Shown in pieces: positions 60,935 to 64,000 of a stretch of 64,000 nucleotides of DNA (the stretch's first letter is position 1; each line of letters begins with the position of its first letter). The stretch covers positions 11,949 through 75,948 of the forward strand of contig CBDBBL010000018.1 of assembly GCA_965203125.1 (NCBI GenBank), read 5' to 3'. A model generated the notes under the pieces. That model did not search any database, was not told the origin of the DNA, and saw only the letters and a program-made list of their open reading frames with translations. The position numbers and the translations under genes were made by a program. The stretch is from Gammaproteobacteria bacterium (lineage in GTDB: Bacteria > Pseudomonadota > Gammaproteobacteria > CBDBBL01).

Positions 60935-61891
60935 TTATTGGGTTGTTTGCGCCGTTAAATTACCTGTAATCACACCATCTCGCATTTGTGATGCTAAATC
61001 ATGCAACCCTGAAGGATTATGTGGCAACAAAATAGTCGTACTCTTATCTTTAGCACCAATTTCTTTTAAGGTGTCATAATATTGCGTCATTAACACTAGA
61101 CTCATCACATCTTTCGCAGAACTATCTGGCACACCTTGCTGAAACTCTTCGATACTTTCTTTAAGTCCATCAATAATCGCACGACGTTGATCAGCAACTC
61201 CCTGTCCACTTAAACGCATACTTTCCGCTTCAGCTTCCGCTTGCTTCACTTTCAATATCTTTTCAGCCTCGCCACGTTCTTGTGCTGCCATACGCAAGCG
61301 CTTTTGCTCATTAATTTCATTCATTGCATTTTTCACTTTTTCATCTGGATCAATATCTGTCACCAATGATTTCACAATGTAATAGCCAAAACCAGTCATG
61401 GTCTCACTCAACTCTTCTTTAACGACATTCGCCACCGCATCTTTATTTTCAAATAAGCCATCTAGTTGCATTTTAGGCACTTGTGCACGCACGACATCAA
61501 AGACAAACGATTGAATTTGCGCTGCTGGATCAGATAATCGATAGAAAGCATCAAACACTTTATCAGTCAACACATGAAACTGTACGGCAACCATAATTTT
61601 CACAAAGACATTATCTTGTGTTTTCGTTTCAACGGTGACATTCAATTGCTGCACTTTCAAGCTAATGCGACCACTGACTTGCTCAATCAGTGGGATTTTG
61701 AAATTGAGTCCTGCTGGGCTAATACGCTTAAATTTCCCCAGTCGCTCAACCACAGCAACTGTTTGTTGCTCCACTGTAAATAAGCCACCTAAAATAAGTA
61801 TCGCTAGTAGTACTCCGAGAACAATTAATCCTGCCATAAATTCACCTCTAATCGTTGTATTCTGCGATAAGTATGCTAGATAAATCGACAT
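60935..61891 (-). CDS. SPFH/band-7 (stomatin/prohibitin-like) membrane protein
   Basis: N-terminal TM segment, then the SPFH domain (…FTVEQQTVAVVERLGKFKRISPAGLNFKIPLIEQV…) and a C-terminal coiled coil. Confidence 0.8.
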   Translation of the reverse strand: MSIYLAYLSQNTTIRGEFMAGLIVLGVLLAILILGGLFTVEQQTVAVVERLGKFKRISPAGLNFKIPLIEQVSGRISLKVQQLNVTVETKTQDNVFVKIMVAVQFHVLTDKVFDAFYRLSDPAAQIQSFVFDVVRAQVPKMQLDGLFENKDAVANVVKEELSETMTGFGYYIVKSLVTDIDPDEKVKNAMNEINEQKRLRMAAQERGEAEKILKVKQAEAEAESMRLSGQGVADQRRAIIDGLKESIEEFQQGVPDSSAKDVMSLVLMTQYYDTLKEIGAKDKSTTILLPHNPSGLHDLASQMRDGVITGNLTAQTTQ

Positions 61892-61955
61892 ATCGCAATC
61901 AAGTGCTTATAATTTCAAACTAAAATTAAGGAACGCGTACAAAAACCATGCTGAC

Positions 61956-62119
61956 TATACCCATCACCTTTCAAGACGCCGGAGTTTTAACAAAATGAAT
62001 TTTAGAAAAATTAAATTTAAAAAATCGAGTAATAGCAAGCTATTGCGAAAGTTTTTACATTTCAATTTTGCAAAATTTATGAAGTTAAAATTCGGTTTCT
62101 TGAATGGTGATGGGTATAG
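61956..62119. mobile_element. MITE copy A6; it supplies the ATG and first ~13 codons of the downstream acyltransferase
   Basis: tatacccatcacctttcaagacgccggagttttaac…cgagtaatagcaagctattgcg…cggtttcttgaatggtgatgggtatag. Confidence 0.85.
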
Positions 62120-63002
62120 ATACCCATTAGCACTTCTTAGTATCATACTATACACACTATCCCTCACAAGCATTGCTATTCTCAGTATTTTACTGCTTCC
62201 ATTACAATACCTAGTTCTTAAATCATCTTGGCGTCACGCCGTTCGCAACGCACTCTATAAACACTTAACTGAGCTTTGGGTACTTATAAATCATTGGATA
62301 TTCCAGCTTACTTGCAAAACTAAACTGGAAGTGGTCGGGGAACAAACGTTGTCTGAAGATAACTGGTATTGCATCATGGCTAACCATCAATCCTGGGTTG
62401 ATATCCTCCTCATGGGTGAACTCTTGCGTAAAAAAACACCTCCGCTACGCTTTTTCATGAAACAAGAACTGATTTGGCAAATCCCTATCGTAGGTATCGC
62501 ATGCTGGGCGTTAGGTTACCCTTTCATGAAACGTTATTCTCGCGCCTATTTACAGAAACATCCTGAAAAACGAGGTCAGGATTTAGAAACCACAAAACGA
62601 TTTTGTCAAAAATTTAAAACATTGCCCATTTCTATTTGTAATTACGCTGAGGGAACACGCTTCACCTCAGCAAAACACAAACGACAACAATCAAACTATA
62701 CTCATTTATTGAAACCGCGTGCTGGAGGCATTGCCTTTGTATTAGCTGCTATGGATGGCATGGTGAAGCACCTTGTGGATGTCACCATGGTTTATCACCA
62801 CAATAAGCCCAATACTTGGAACTTCTTGTGTGGGAGAATTAACAAAATCACCCTACACTATCAAGTCATTCCAATCACAACAGATTTGATTGGTGACTAT
62901 AATAACGACTCAGCGTTTCGCAACCATTTTCAACAGTGGATCAATCAACGTTGGGAAGAAAAAGATCTACTGATTGACACTATCAAACACGACTCTCGAT
63001 GA
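61995..63002 (+). CDS. PlsC/LPLAT-family acyltransferase (HX4D), paralog 2; the functional start is probably the MITE-internal ATG at ~62079 (MKLKFGFLNGDGY…)
   Basis: MANHQSWVDILLMG and AEGTRF motifs; collinear with the paralog at 43362-44420. There is no in-frame ATG between the MITE and the HX4D motif. Confidence 0.7.
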   Translation: MNFRKIKFKKSSNSKLLRKFLHFNFAKFMKLKFGFLNGDGYRYPLALLSIILYTLSLTSIAILSILLLPLQYLVLKSSWRHAVRNALYKHLTELWVLINHWIFQLTCKTKLEVVGEQTLSEDNWYCIMANHQSWVDILLMGELLRKKTPPLRFFMKQELIWQIPIVGIACWALGYPFMKRYSRAYLQKHPEKRGQDLETTKRFCQKFKTLPISICNYAEGTRFTSAKHKRQQSNYTHLLKPRAGGIAFVLAAMDGMVKHLVDVTMVYHHNKPNTWNFLCGRINKITLHYQVIPITTDLIGDYNNDSAFRNHFQQWINQRWEEKDLLIDTIKHDSR

Positions 63003-63946
63003 AAAAACTCAGAATAGCAACCAGAAAAAGCCCGCTTGCACTATGGCAAGCTGAATTTGTACAACAAGCTTTACAAAAACATAACCCTGCTCTAGAGATC
63101 ACATTAATACCCATGAGTACAGAGGGCGATGAAAAACTAAGCACACCACTGTATAATATTGGCGGAAAAGGGTTGTTTTTAAAAACATTAGAAACCTCAC
63201 TCTTAGACCATCGCGCAGACATTGCTGTCCACTCAATGAAAGATATGACTACAGAATTACCTGATGGATTAACACTGGGTGCATTTTGCCAACGTGATAA
63301 TCCTTATGATGCCTTTGTCAGCAATCAATATGATTCAGTTGCATCCTTACCGAAAAAAGCTGTTGTTGGCACATCAAGTCTGCGCCGCATTGCACAACTG
63401 ACACAGTTTCGCCCTGATTTAATCATCAAATCACTCCGAGGAAATATCGGCACACGCCTCCACAAACTAGATACAGGTAAGTTTGATGCCATTATTCTTG
63501 CCGCTGCAGGTCTAGAGCGCCTCCAACTCAAAGGTCGTATTCGTCAATTACTGGATGATCTCACCCATTTCTTACCTGCCATTGGGCAAGGCACGATTGG
63601 TGTTGAGTGTCGCCAGGAAGATAATCAAATACTCGATATACTCGCACCTATTAATCACGCAGACAGCACTATTTGCATCACCGCAGAGCGTGCCTTTAAT
63701 CATCAACTTGAGGGGGGATGCCACCTACCAATCGCAGGGTTTGCGACCATTGAAGAGCAACAACTCACCCTAATTGTTCGCATTCATAGTTTAGATGGAA
63801 AAACACAGCTTGCTCACCAATCATCTGTTCCACTGTCTTCCTCCATATCAGTCCAACTCAATGAGGCAAAATCACTTGGAGTATCAGTCGCGCAATATAT
63901 GATCAAGAAAGGCGGGCGTGATCTGCTAAAAACACACCATGCGTAA
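62999..63946 (+). CDS. hemC: porphobilinogen deaminase (hydroxymethylbilane synthase)
   Basis: MKKLRIATRKSPLALWQAEFV N-terminus and the dipyrromethane cofactor Cys region …GGCHLPIAG…. Confidence 0.9.
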   Translation: MKKLRIATRKSPLALWQAEFVQQALQKHNPALEITLIPMSTEGDEKLSTPLYNIGGKGLFLKTLETSLLDHRADIAVHSMKDMTTELPDGLTLGAFCQRDNPYDAFVSNQYDSVASLPKKAVVGTSSLRRIAQLTQFRPDLIIKSLRGNIGTRLHKLDTGKFDAIILAAAGLERLQLKGRIRQLLDDLTHFLPAIGQGTIGVECRQEDNQILDILAPINHADSTICITAERAFNHQLEGGCHLPIAGFATIEEQQLTLIVRIHSLDGKTQLAHQSSVPLSSSISVQLNEAKSLGVSVAQYMIKKGGRDLLKTHHA

Positions 63947-64000
63947 AGCGCTTATTACTCGTCCACTGAAGCAATCCATACAACTTGCAACACAACTAGA
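63939..64000 (+). CDS. hemD: probable uroporphyrinogen-III synthase, 5' end only (window edge)
   Basis: The ATG overlaps the hemC stop (ATGCGTAA). MRKALITRPLKQS… is typical of HemD following hemC. Confidence 0.45.
   Translation, partial: MRKALITRPLKQSIQLATQL

Overview
A ~64 kb chromosomal segment of a low-GC gammaproteobacterium (GC ~40% by eye), organism not identified. Most of it is housekeeping: rlmN-ndk-iscS-trmJ, gltX, hda, sdaA, aspC-like, cmk-rpsA, tgt-yajC-secD-secF, trxB, pgsA, aspS, mutY-yggX, tsaC, yciB, bolA, pssA, pepN, hemC-hemD and five tRNAs. Three things stand out. (1) A superfamily of ~160-bp palindromic MITE-like elements in three subfamilies (A, B, C; at least 17 copies plus fragments) that share a central aatagc-N3/4-gctatt motif. 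Several copies sit in frame inside genes (pepN, a secreted protein) or supply gene start or stop ends (trmJ ORF, IscU-like, hda, Bax-like, acyltransferases). (2) An orphan T6SS vgrG island (VgrG with a ~250-aa C-terminal extension followed by three small genes) with a vgrG-fragment/half-MITE scar next to it. (3) A SET-domain, eukaryotic-like protein with a basic NLS-like N-terminus beside an IS3 transposase remnant. Other oddities are a 182-bp tandem repeat seeded by the 3' end of tRNA-Ser, an IscU-like scaffold lacking two of three cluster cysteines in a cut-down isc locus, duplicated and fragmented yhhQ-like transporters, a MITE-flanked minor-pilin remnant, and three large orphan proteins. 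Coordinates of MITE ends and alternative starts were read by eye and may be off by a few bases. Product calls rest on motif recognition and recalled family signatures and carry the stated confidence; no searches were run.
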